Made by a program: the position numbers and the translations under genes
Source: an uncultured Acidimicrobiia bacterium
GTDB taxonomy: Bacteria; Actinomycetota; Acidimicrobiia; Acidimicrobiales; AC-14
DNA: 64,000 nt
Assembly (NCBI GenBank): GCA_963836205.1
Contig: CAWIIV010000006.1
Span: forward strand, 448,001-512,000
Reading direction: 5' to 3'
The notes under the pieces: model-generated
What the model was told of the DNA's origin: nothing
The model's database searches: none
Seen by the model: only the letters and a program-made list of their open reading frames with translations
Shown: one piece after another, positions 15,182 through 26,784 of the stretch
How positions within the stretch are numbered: the first letter of the stretch is position 1
How the letters are laid out: each line of letters begins with the position of its first letter

Positions 15182-15322
15182 CCGGGACGAGAAAGCTCAT
15201 TGCTTTTCCCGGAACCCGGCGTACTGTCGGAGTCACCCGCCACGGGCTCCGACTCGGCGCCGCCGGGCTCGGAGCGGGCAGGAAGGCCCCCGAAGATCGT
15301 CAGCACCCGACCTGGGAGGCCT

Positions 15323-15624
15323 ATGGCCGTGTTCGGAATCGCTCCTTCGACTGGGACGAGGAGGGGTGGCGGGACCTGGCCGCCTGCCGGCACACCGACG
15401 TGGCCCTCTTCTTCCCGGCCGGGAGCACCGGGCGGGCGGCCGGGGAGGTCGTCTCGGCCAAGGCCGTCTGCCGGACGTGCCCGGTGCAGCCGGCGTGCCT
15501 GCGGTTCGCGCTCGAGACCAACCAGGAATCGGGCATCTGGGGCGGGAGGGGCGAGGAGGAGCGGCGCCGGTTGCGAAACGGGTCGCAGGCCAGCCGCTGG
15601 CCGGCCCGCCCCGCGCTCACCTGA
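15323..15624 (+). CDS. WhiB family Fe-S transcription factor; apparent 1-nt deletion just after the start
   Basis: WRDLAAC..LFFP..AKAVCRTCPVQPACL..GIWGG; GGGAGG RBS before an ATG at 15323 that is out of frame by one base. Confidence 0.85.
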
Positions 15625-15666
15625 CCCGCCCCCGCGCCGGCAGACGCAGACGGCAGACCGGCCCCG

Positions 15667-16440
15667 TCAGCTCTTGAACAGGCGGGAGCGCATGACCCCG
15701 GCCCGGTGCAGGCGGTAGCGGACCATGGTGGCCAGCGTCCCCAGGCCGTAGCGGATGTTGGCCCGCATCGAGGTCGACGATGCCTCGGGGAAGTACCGGG
15801 TGGTGATGGGGACCTCGACGATGCGCTGGCCGAAGGCGACCGCCTGGGCGATGACCTCGGTGTCGAAGACGAAGCTGTCGGAGTTGCGCATGAACGGCAC
15901 CGTCTCCAGGAACCGCCGGGAGTAGGCCCGGTAGCCGGTGTGGAGCTCGCTGTAGCCCGTCCCCAGCATCTTGTTCTCGATGGTGGTGAGGGCCTTGTTG
16001 GAGACGTAGCGGTACAGGGGCATCCCGCCGGCCCGGGCCCCGCCCGGCACCAGCATGCGGCTGCCGAGGACCAGGTCGGCCTCCCCCGCCGCCACCGGGG
16101 CCACCAGGTCGGGCAGGAGGGCGGGGTCGTACTGGCCGTCGGGGTGGAGCATGACGATCACCTCGGCCCCCAGCCGGAGGGCCTCCAGGTAGCAGGTCTT
16201 CTGGTTGCCGCCGTAGCCGACGTTGTGGGGCAGGCTGATGGTGCGGATCGGCAGGCTGGCGGCAACCTTGAGGGTGTCGTCGCGACTGCCGTCGTCGACC
16301 AGCAGGACCTCGTCGACCACGTTGGCGGGAATGGCGCCCCACGTCTCCACCAGGGTGCGGCCGGCGTTGTACGCGGGCATGACCACCAACACGTGGGGTC
16401 GGTCGCCGAGGGGGATGGAGTCGGTCGCCTCGCGGGTCAC
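15667..16440 (-). CDS. GT2 glycosyltransferase (polyprenol-phosphate sugar synthase-like)
   Basis: VVMPAYN, LVDDGSRD, GYGGNQK, HPDGQY, SELHTGYRAY. Confidence 0.9.
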   Translation of the reverse strand: MTREATDSIPLGDRPHVLVVMPAYNAGRTLVETWGAIPANVVDEVLLVDDGSRDDTLKVAASLPIRTISLPHNVGYGGNQKTCYLEALRLGAEVIVMLHPDGQYDPALLPDLVAPVAAGEADLVLGSRMLVPGGARAGGMPLYRYVSNKALTTIENKMLGTGYSELHTGYRAYSRRFLETVPFMRNSDSFVFDTEVIAQAVAFGQRIVEVPITTRYFPEASSTSMRANIRYGLGTLATMVRYRLHRAGVMRSRLFKS

Positions 16441-16495
16441 AGGGAGATGACCATCGGCTGGACGAACCGTCGCCGTCCAGCCACTCGGGTCGGGG

Positions 16496-17205
16496 TCACC
16501 GTAGCCGGACCGCGGGCGGGGCGCCCATCTCGTGGCGGACGCCGCCGGGGACGTCCTCCACGCTCGACTCCTGGCAGTCGCCGTCGTTGACGTGGCTGTG
16601 CCGGCGCTCGGGGACGACGCCGCCGTCGGCGGTGGGGATCCCGAACACCACCCGGGAGTGGGTGAGGTCGGAGCAGCGCACGAGGGCGCCGTAGTACTCG
16701 GTCCACATCACCGACCACCGGCCGAGCCCGGTGACCTGCTCTTTCACCCGGATGCGGCCGATGAGGCGGGTGACGCCGGCCTCGACGTCGGTGACCGTTG
16801 CGGCCCACCATCCGGGCTCGTCGGTCGACACCCGGAGCCGGTAGGCCCGGCCGGGCACCCACGGGTAGGAGATGCGGCAGCTCCACCCGGTGCCCTCGCC
16901 GCCGAACGTCTGGGCGTGCTCGCCCTCGGCGCCGATCGCGTCCCAGATGGAGAAGATGGCGATGCGATCGAGGTGGCGGGGGTCGAGGTTGCCCCACGTC
17001 TGGAGGCCCAGGTAGCCGCCGTCGCCGCCCTCCAGCCGGAACTGGTGGGCCCAGTACCAGGGGGTGCGAGGGCCGGGATCGACCTCGGGGATGAGGACGT
17101 GCTCGAAGCTGCGGTAGCCGCCGCGGGCGCTCCGGGGCGGCGGGGGCCAGAACCACTCGGTGTAGGTGCCCCGGGGACGGAGGTGGCTCAGCCCGACCCG
17201 ATCAC
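16496..17205 (-). CDS. DUF3472-like protein (start uncertain, not fully in the ORF track)
   Basis: Hand translation gives WYWAHQF..GGYLGLQ..AIFSIWD..FGGEGTGWSCRISYPW; frame open from about 17191; coupled GTG at 17205 is off by one base. Confidence 0.65.
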
Positions 17206-17840
17206 GTGGCGGTCTCGATCTGGGCCCGGAGCTGCAGCTTCACCAGGATGTTGGCGACGTGGTTGCGCACCGTGTTCTCCGACATCCCCATGCGCTCGGC
17301 CACGTCGTGGTTGCCGAGGCCGAGGGCGACCATCTTGAGGATCTCGACCTCCCGCTCGGACAGGCGCGGTCCGGCGCCGATCACCGCCTCCTTGAGGGTG
17401 CCGATCTGGCCCTCGAACTCGTTGAGCAGCTTCGACGCCAGCGACGGCGAGATCAGGCTCTGGCCCTCGTAGACGGCCCGCACCGCGTCGGCCACCTCTT
17501 CGATGGAGACCTCTTTCAACAGGTAGCCGTTGGCCCCCGCCTTGACCGCCCCGTAGAGGTCGTCCTCCTCGTCGCTGACGGTGAGGACGATGATCCGCGT
17601 CGTCGGGAACAGCTGGCGGATGATGCGGGTGGCGTCGATGCCGCCCATCCGGGGCATGCGCACGTCCATGAGCACCACGTCGGGGGCCAGCTCCTCGACC
17701 CGGGCCACGGCCTGCTCACCGTCGGCCGCCTCGGCCACGACCACGATGTCCTCTTCCGCCTCCAGGACCATGCGCAGGCCCTTGCGGAACAGGTCGTGGT
17801 CGTCGCAGACCAGCACCCGGATGGGCTCACCGCCTGTCAT
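17202..17840 (-). CDS. NarL/DegU-type response regulator
   Basis: VLVCDDHDLFR, PDVVLMDVRMP, LuxR HTH LSEREVEIL..SENTVRNHV. Confidence 0.94.
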   Translation of the reverse strand: MTGGEPIRVLVCDDHDLFRKGLRMVLEAEEDIVVVAEAADGEQAVARVEELAPDVVLMDVRMPRMGGIDATRIIRQLFPTTRIIVLTVSDEEDDLYGAVKAGANGYLLKEVSIEEVADAVRAVYEGQSLISPSLASKLLNEFEGQIGTLKEAVIGAGPRLSEREVEILKMVALGLGNHDVAERMGMSENTVRNHVANILVKLQLRAQIETAT

Positions 17841-17856
17841 CGGTCAGCGAACCCGC

Positions 17857-18417
17857 TTAGTTCGCATCGATCAGTCCGACGTCGCCGTCGTTGCGGCGGT
17901 AGACCACGGCAGCCACACCGGTGTCGGCGTTGGTGAAGAAGTAGAAGTCGTGACCCAGCATGTCCATGTGCAGCGCCGCTTCCTCGGGGGTCATGGGCTT
18001 GATGTCGAACCGCTTGGTCTTGACGATCCTGGACTCGTTGGAGGGGGATTCGACCGCTTCGTCGACGACGGGCGGAAGCTCCTGGTGCCCCGAGTCTACC
18101 GGCCGCCGGGGATGCGACCGGCTCTGGAGGCGCGACTTGAGCTTCTCCATCTGGTGCTCGAGCTTGTCGATGACCCGGTCGACCGAGGCGAAGGCGTCGG
18201 AGGAGGCGGCCTTGGCCCGGATGACGTGGCCGTGGCCCCAGACGGTGACCTCGCAGACCTCCTTGGCCGAGATGCGGGGGTTCTTCTCCTCCGAGAAGTG
18301 GACCTCGGCGTGCTCCCAGCCGTCGAGATGGCGGCTGAGCCGGGAGATCTTCTCCTGGGCGGTGGAACGCAAGCCGTCGGAAACCTCGACGTTGCGTCCT
18401 CGAATCGTCACGTCCAT
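17857..18417 (-). CDS. hpf: Ribosome hibernation promoting factor (long HPF/RaiA)
   Basis: MDVTIRGRNVEV..., IVKTKRFDIKPMTPEEA..GHDFYFF..VYRRNDG; AAGGAG RBS. Confidence 0.95.
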   Translation of the reverse strand: MDVTIRGRNVEVSDGLRSTAQEKISRLSRHLDGWEHAEVHFSEEKNPRISAKEVCEVTVWGHGHVIRAKAASSDAFASVDRVIDKLEHQMEKLKSRLQSRSHPRRPVDSGHQELPPVVDEAVESPSNESRIVKTKRFDIKPMTPEEAALHMDMLGHDFYFFTNADTGVAAVVYRRNDGDVGLIDAN

Positions 18418-18452
18418 TGTCGTGCTCCTTGGGTTCAGGGCCCTTGCCGAAG

Positions 18453-18736
18453 GGGTGTGGCCGTGTGCGGCTGACCTGGTCTTTGCCCCCACACTCGCCT
18501 GCTGGAGAGCTCACGGGTTCCGGAGGTGGCGGCCGTCCAATCTGCGACGACCCGGCACCGCCTGTGGGACCCGTTTTCCTCCCTCTCCCGCCGGCGCCCG
18601 CCAATCGGGCGCCTGCGAGGCAGGGCTTACTCCTAAGCCGCACCATGCTCAGCAACCACGGGTTGCCTTACGTGGGTCGTTTCGCCTGCGACTGGCCTCG
18701 ACTTTCAACCACAGACCCGCACACGGCCACACACCC
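18453..18736 (-). ncRNA. raiA motif RNA
   Basis: Minus strand reads UGUGGUUGAAAGUCGAGGCCAGUCGCAGGCGAAACGACCCACGUAAG...GAGCAUGGUGCGGCUUAGGAGUAAGCCCUGCC...UCCAGCAGGCGAGUGUGGGGGCAAAGACCAGGUCA, closed by a 16-bp stem; canonical comF-to-raiA location. Confidence 0.93.
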
Positions 18737-19342
18737 GGAGTGTAGGCCCGACCCCGGGGGGCGCCGACGGGGTGGGGTGCGGGCGGCCGCCACCACGTGG
18801 ACTTCGGCCGCGCCGGCGGCCCGGAGGGTGCGGGCGGCGGCGGCCACGGTGGCCCCGCTGGTGACGACATCGTCGACGAGGAGGACCCGGGTGGGCGCCG
18901 GGCGGGCGGGGTGGAACACGGGACCGACCCGCCGGGCGTCGAGGGGTTGACCGGTCTGGGCCGCGCCCGGCGGGCGGAGGAGGAGCGGCCGGCAGGGGAC
19001 GCGGAGGCGACGGGCGAGGGCCCGGGCGAGCAACTCGGCCTGGTCGAACCCCCGCTGCCGTCGGCGGGCGGTGGTGGTGGGCGCCCACGTGACGGCGTCG
19101 ACCTCTTGGCTCACGAGAGCGGCCAGCCGGTCGGCCAGGAACGGGAGCGACGAGCGGGCGTTGCGGTACTTGAGCCGGGCGACCAGCTCGCGGCCCGCAC
19201 CCTCGTAGGCGAGCAGGGCGTGGCACGAGTCGACACCCGCCGGAGGCGGGAGCGCCGGCGCCCGCCGGAGCTCGGCCGCGCACCCCGGGCACGGCGCCGC
19301 CCCGAGGGCGCCACACACGGGACAGCTCCGGGGCAGGAACAC
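18668..19342 (-). CDS. comF: ComF family phosphoribosyltransferase-like protein
   Basis: CPVC..CPGC, RGFDQAELLA, VLLVDDVVTSGAT; the 3' tail runs into the raiA RNA, so the true end is uncertain. Confidence 0.9.
   Translation of the reverse strand: MFLPRSCPVCGALGAAPCPGCAAELRRAPALPPPAGVDSCHALLAYEGAGRELVARLKYRNARSSLPFLADRLAALVSQEVDAVTWAPTTTARRRQRGFDQAELLARALARRLRVPCRPLLLRPPGAAQTGQPLDARRVGPVFHPARPAPTRVLLVDDVVTSGATVAAAARTLRAAGAAEVHVVAAARTPPRRRPPGSGLHSGCVAVCGSVVESRGQSQAKRPT
18739..18744 (-). promoter_or_regulatory. -10 element (TACACT) for the raiA RNA
   Basis: TANNNT hexamer immediately upstream of the closing stem. Confidence 0.6.
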
Positions 19343-19386
19343 GTCGCCGAAGGATACGAAGGGGGTGGGACAGCGGAGATTCGCCG

Positions 19387-19435
19387 GTTGGTTGTGCAGT
19401 TATGTGGGATATACCGACATAACTGCACACTGAAC
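19387..19435. repeat. 49-bp imperfect palindrome, family A copy 2
   Basis: GTTGGTTGTGCAGTTATGTGGGATATACCGACATAACTGCACACTGAAC, flanked by CGCCG/CGGCG. Confidence 0.85.
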
Positions 19436-20230
19436 CGGCGCCCGCCTCGCGAGGGTGCAGAGGATAGGGAGCGGGTCGGACACTTCCCCGGTCGGGTGTC
19501 CAGTTGCGCTGGATTCGGCCCGTCGCTCAGTGACGGACGGCTGAGCGGTACTCGCAGAAGGTCCTCCTGGAAATGGCGTTCACCCACCTGGACCACAGTG
19601 CGGGATCGGGACGACGCCCGACATAGCGTTGTCTCTGATGTCGACCATCCGCCCTCCGGCCGCGGGATGGGTCCGGAACGAAACACCGCCGAGCCGATCC
19701 GGCTGCAGCCGTCGCGGACGGGGTCGGCCAGGCGAAAGGACGACCGTCACCTCAGTCGCCTTCCGAACCCCATGGCCCATCGGGCGGCCAGCAAACGATC
19801 GACACCGGAGAGGTCCAACGTGCGGGGAGGCTCGCCTGTTGTCGCATGATCTGCCGCGCACCACCGTCAGATCGGATCGGCATCCCCCTGGTATGGGGGC
19901 CACAACGATCCGGGGCGTCCGGTGCGCGGACGGCGGACCCCAATCGTGCTCGATCCGGAGCATGAGACTCAAGCGGCGTGGCCGCGCAGCCGACAACAGG
20001 CGCGTGAAGGCGTGCTCGTGCTCGGCCGCTCCGTCGTGCAGGCGCCAGAACCGGGCCGTAGAGTCCGGGAGTACGTGCTCCCACGATCAGATAGCGTTGC
20101 CGTCAGCGTCGAACGAGGGTGGACAGGTAGCGTCCGGCGCGGAGTGGGTAGGTGTTGGTCTGCCACATCCGCGGCGAGGCAGGTATGGGGTGCGTCTAAG
20201 TCGAGCGGCACGGGGGAGTTCTTCCAGTTC

Positions 20231-21560
20231 ATGGGCTTGCGGACGGCGGTCGACTTTCGCATCAACTCCCTCGGGGTCGCCCTCGATACAACGACGATCC
20301 AAAATCGCCCGGTCGAGATCGTCATCCAGGGGACCGGGCTTTGGGTCAAGCGGGCGATCCAGCCCGACCTGCGGCAGCTCCATGACGACCTCAAACGGCG
20401 CGTGCCAAACTCGGGGGGACTGTACGTCTCCTATATCGGCCTTGAGCGGGACCCGGTCATCGAGATCGACGATTCCTTTGAGACGTACTACTGCCGAGAC
20501 GACAGTGAGGCTATCGAAGAAGTTGCTGCCGCGCAGATTTGACCTGGTCATCATCGCGACGCCCGCTGACGCTCATATTGACGACGTTCGCCGCTGGCTT
20601 CGCCATGACGGCCGGCCAAAGGCCATTCTGGTGGAGAAACCTTTCTCGGACGAGTTATACGAGCTGGATGCCCTTGTGAAGGAAATTGCGGCAACCGAGC
20701 GCGATGGACGGTCGGATCCACCAGTCCTCGGAATTGACCATTACAGTCTGTACTTCGCGGAGCATGCCCAACAACTCGCCGCTATCGATCAGTTCTTGCC
20801 CGGACTGACCTCAGTAATGTTCTCGATGCTGGAGCAGCGTCCAATCGAGCATGACCGACTTCGTTCCGTAAGGTCAGGCATGGCGTTCGAGATGGCATCA
20901 CACTTCTTCGGCATCCTGTCACTTTTCACCAACCTCAAGACTAATACGGACGTCGCGATACATTACTCGGGCCGGCATGAGTTCACACCTTTCCTGGAAC
21001 TGCACAGCCGCCGGTATTTCGCTGAAACAACCGTAGAACTAAGTCTAACGGTCCGGCTATGGAATGAGAACCGAAATATCGCGGCATATTCGCGAGTGGG
21101 AAAGGCATGCGCGATAGACGCCAAGTTCGTAGAGTTTAGTGACGACGGTGACCGCGTCGTTCGGCTCGATTTTTCACCGCCCTCCCCCGGTCATGATTCT
21201 TATCCTTATGGCGGCGTTTTGTTCGCGGAGAGAAGTCCGACCGAGCTTGAGGGCTCATTCGGCGATCCGTTTGATCCTGACACGTTCTTTCGAACTGTAA
21301 CAGCATTTCCTAACGCCACTTCGGAGAGACCGTGGAAGCGGCACGGCTTGTTCGTAGAGCCAATTGTTACGGGCGACTTTAGCACTTATGACTTCCTCTT
21401 GACAATCGACGAGTCCCGAACGATACTGCTTCTCCTAGAGGAGATTCGGGAATCCATTCTCCAATTGACTGAACATGAGCCGGGCCAGCAGAATTGGGAG
21501 CGAGCTTGGCCCACGCGTCCGACACGACTGCCAACGGAGGGCGACAGAGATGCCGGTTGA
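20231..21560 (+). CDS. Divergent G6PD/Gfo-Idh-MocA-like NAD(P) oxidoreductase; apparent frameshift near 20500-20540
   Basis: IVIQGTGLW in one frame; FDLVIIATP..H, ILVEKPF, GIDHY, EMASHF, AET...RVGK in the next; start may lie further upstream. Confidence 0.7.
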
Positions 21561-22272
21561 ATCGACCTACACAGCTCGTTCCGATGCACTGACTCTCCTC
21601 GACTATTTTCCCGATCAAAGAGTCGAAGCACGCGAACTTGCAACGCTTGCCGATTATTTGCGGTCTCGGTGTGCCACTCCGATATCAGCAGCGATAGTAG
21701 GGGTGTACACTCCTCTAGCCGTTCAGCTCTCGGAGGAAGTGATTTCCGCTTCCCTGCTCCGGTCGGGTGACTCGTTGACCTTGGTTGGCGGTGCGGGACG
21801 CACCGAAGAGAACGGTGCGATCTTTCCATTTGGCGGATTGCTGGATAAAGGAAATAGGGGTGCAATTCACGTTCGCTCCGTGGATTGGAACGACGAGGTT
21901 CACCGAATGCGACTGAGTACACGAACCTTCGATATCGTCTTGTACGCTGCTCACTCGGTAGAAGAGGCGTCGGTCTACCGCGTCCTTTCTCGACATGCCA
22001 GCCTGTCATTGGTTCGTTTGCCAGACCCGATCGGTACGGCTTTTGAGGCAATCGCGAAGGAGTCCACACCCGTCATGGGCCCAACGTTTGCAAAGGCGCT
22101 GTTCGAGAACCATTGCATACCGCTTCTGACGACCGGCACAAAGAAGAGCGTCAAGGATTTTGTTCGGCACGCCGAAACCTGTCGCGCACACAAGCACGGT
22201 CCGTGCGCTGTCGATTGTCCCGCCTTTTCGTCACGCGATATCCTTAGGGAGCTCGCGGCGAAGCACCCGTAG
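21550..22272 (+). CDS. Hypothetical protein with C-terminal Cys/His cluster
   Basis: GGAGG RBS; ATG overlaps the upstream gene end; 240 aa; CRAHKHGPCAVDC. Confidence 0.7.
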   Translation: MPVESTYTARSDALTLLDYFPDQRVEARELATLADYLRSRCATPISAAIVGVYTPLAVQLSEEVISASLLRSGDSLTLVGGAGRTEENGAIFPFGGLLDKGNRGAIHVRSVDWNDEVHRMRLSTRTFDIVLYAAHSVEEASVYRVLSRHASLSLVRLPDPIGTAFEAIAKESTPVMGPTFAKALFENHCIPLLTTGTKKSVKDFVRHAETCRAHKHGPCAVDCPAFSSRDILRELAAKHP

Positions 22273-22350
22273 TCTGGGTTCTTGATACCGGGGGCTTGCC
22301 GAGCGTTCGCCCAATTTGTGTCGCACCTCCGTCGATAAGTGATGGATCGT

Positions 22351-22680
22351 TTATAGGGAGCGGTTGGTCCTTCGGCCAACAACGGCGTCAACGAGCCCAC
22401 CGACTGCCAAAAGGACGGCCGGGAGGACCGCCAAGGCACGCCACCCCGCGACTATCCCGACGACCACTGCGGCAATGAGGGCGATGCTGGACGACCGCCG
22501 CCCTCCAGACCGGCTGGTGCGTCGGCCTGTCTGGACTCGTCGCTATTCCCCCTGCGGTCTTGCCTGCGGTCTCTTCCAAGCCGTTGCTGCCCTCGGGGAA
22601 CTCGGCCTGCGTTGCATCCCCTTCACATTCAGCATCAAACGGAGTCCGCTCGGGGCGGGCGGTCACTTGGGGGCCCATAC
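22351..22680 (-). CDS. Possible small two-TM membrane protein (needs a frameshift near 22490; start unknown)
   Basis: Frame ends SIALIAAVVVGIVAGWRALAVLPAVLLAVGGLVDAVVGRRTNRSL* but has no in-frame start. Confidence 0.35.
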
Positions 22681-22806
22681 CTTGCGCTTCGGACCACAAG
22701 TCTCGTCGGGCATGCGGCGACTCTACCGCGGTTCGAATGATCTGACAAGATCGCCGTCGTTGGAATATTGTTGCGCCTTGGTGTCGAAGTATCATGGTAT
22801 GAAGGC

Positions 22807-22847
22807 CATGAATATTTCGCCAACAGGGTTGGGATTCATGCTATGCT
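22807..22847 (+). promoter_or_regulatory. Inverted-repeat operator candidate and extended -10 (TG-C-TATGCT) of the SorC-type gene
   Basis: CATGAAT-N20-ATTCATG with inner CCAAC/GTTGG; TATGCT lies 6 nt before the ATG (leaderless geometry). Confidence 0.55.
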
Positions 22848-22853
22848 CCAGAC

Positions 22854-24047
22854 ATGGCGCGTACGTCACCTTTGGGCGAGGAGTACTCCCCTGTGGACGC
22901 ATTGTCGGCATTTCCCGTGGAAGGAACTCTCTCTGCAAGGGACCTGAAGGCTCTTGCATGCGCCCAGCTAACACAAGAGGGGCTCAAACAGCAGGAAATT
23001 GCAAGGGAACTTGATCTGAGTCAAGCAGAGGTGAGCAAGCTGTTGAAGCACGCCCGCGCGGCAGGGTGGCTCGTTTGGAACGTGAACTGGCCACCGGAAC
23101 TCAGTGACGAAGAGAGAAACCGTCTGACAAAGCGTAAGGGGTATCCACGAATCGCCGAGCTACGGAGCCGAATCGACGACTGGACGATCGGAAACTCGCT
23201 TTCTGGATTTTCCCCCATGAAGGGCCTTCATGTCATCCAAGAGGACGATTCAGATGATTCGCTAGCACTCTTTGGGCGTCGAGCCGCTGAGGTGATCGTC
23301 CGGCTGATCGATGATGCAGAAACCTGCGCCGTCGCTTGGGGGCGAACAATTCAGAGCATTGTCGATGCCATCCCGGCTCAGCCTGCAGGAGGACACCGAG
23401 AGTTCTTCCCTATTTGTGGCGAACCTCTCAATTTTCCGAATTTCAGCCTGTCCCCAAGCGTTGCCGCCATAAAGCTTGCGAACGCCTACCGTGTGGAAGC
23501 ATCAAGAGTCGTTTCACTTCAGGGTGTACCCGCCAGGATCCCGTCCGACCTCGCTGACGGTATGGCCGTTATCGAGAGATTTGCCCGTAAAAGCCGCGCC
23601 TACGATTATGTGTTTGGGACGGCCGAGACCTCCGATTCCCCACGCATTGCGAATGTCGACATGGTATTGACTGGCGTCAGCAATGACGAGTCTAGCGTAG
23701 GGGATCCGTGGTACGAGGAAACGCGAGACTGTGAAGGTGGAATTGAGCTGGGTGAAATATCGGTCGGATGCATTGGGGGACTCTGGCTGCCGAAGGTCAC
23801 GAGTACTACCACGAGCCGGAAAAAACTGGACGACATCAACTCGAGATGGCTCGGAATCAGTGTCAGCCACCTCAACCTCATCGCCCGGCGTGCCATGAGG
23901 GGGAATATCCCTGGCGTCGTCGTAGTAGCGGCCCATCCGCACAAATGGGAAATCGTGAGGACCGCCTTACCTCTCGTCAACCACCTAGTGATTTCTAGTC
24001 CGCTCGCTGACGCCCTACTTGATTCTTCCTTCCCTTCCACTCCTTAG
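22854..24047 (+). CDS. SorC/DeoR/LsrR-type sugar-binding transcriptional regulator
   Basis: HTH LKQQEIARELDLSQAEVSKLL..AR..GW; sugar-binding domain AVAWGRTI, VDMVLTGV, VNHLV. Confidence 0.85.
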   Translation: MARTSPLGEEYSPVDALSAFPVEGTLSARDLKALACAQLTQEGLKQQEIARELDLSQAEVSKLLKHARAAGWLVWNVNWPPELSDEERNRLTKRKGYPRIAELRSRIDDWTIGNSLSGFSPMKGLHVIQEDDSDDSLALFGRRAAEVIVRLIDDAETCAVAWGRTIQSIVDAIPAQPAGGHREFFPICGEPLNFPNFSLSPSVAAIKLANAYRVEASRVVSLQGVPARIPSDLADGMAVIERFARKSRAYDYVFGTAETSDSPRIANVDMVLTGVSNDESSVGDPWYEETRDCEGGIELGEISVGCIGGLWLPKVTSTTTSRKKLDDINSRWLGISVSHLNLIARRAMRGNIPGVVVVAAHPHKWEIVRTALPLVNHLVISSPLADALLDSSFPSTP

Positions 24048-24126
24048 GTTACTGGTCCCGCGTCGCCGCAAATCATGCCGCAAACCCTCTCAACCCTCGG
24101 CAGGAGTTCGTGCCGGGTTAGGCCCA

Positions 24127-26545
<2,419 letters not shown>

Positions 26546-26549
<4 letters not shown>

Positions 26550-26782
26550 TGCTGGAAGGTAGGCCGGATGCCGTCGGCCTCGGCCTTGGCCAGCAGCCGG
26601 GCGTGCTCGGCGTCGTCGACCGCCTCGGCCTCGTCGACGAGCATGATGGGGATGCCGTCGTCGATCCGGTACCGGCGCTGGGTGCGGGGGTTGTAGAGCG
26701 AGTCCTCGTCGGCGAAGTAGAGGAGCGGGCCCCGGTCGGCGGGGCAGGCGAGGATGTCGAGGAGGCGGGAATCGAGGGCCAC
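26546..26782 (-). CDS. Trm112 family protein
   Basis: ALDSRLLDILACPADRGPL...YRIDDGIPIMLVDEA. Confidence 0.9.
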
Positions 26783-26784
26783 GG

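Larger units (their letters stand above)
19440..24100. mobile_element. Lower-GC putative genomic islet between comF and ahcY
   Basis: Visibly more A/T-ending codons from about 20200 to 24050; main genes oppose the flanking operons; no integrase or transposase seen. Confidence 0.7.

Noticed and set aside
12538-15624. 1028-aa DUF2079-WhiB fusion in the ORF track
   Set aside because: A frameshift near 15077 bypasses the natural stop at 15181, and whiB has its own RBS and ATG at 15323.
19630-19690. Hammerhead ribozyme (CTGATG...CGAAAC)
   Set aside because: The core reads CUGAUGU rather than CUGANGA, and I could not form stems I and III.
19950-20230. JAB/MPN-like domain upstream of the islet dehydrogenase
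   Set aside because: Only a loose resemblance spread across different frames; no intact HxH motif.
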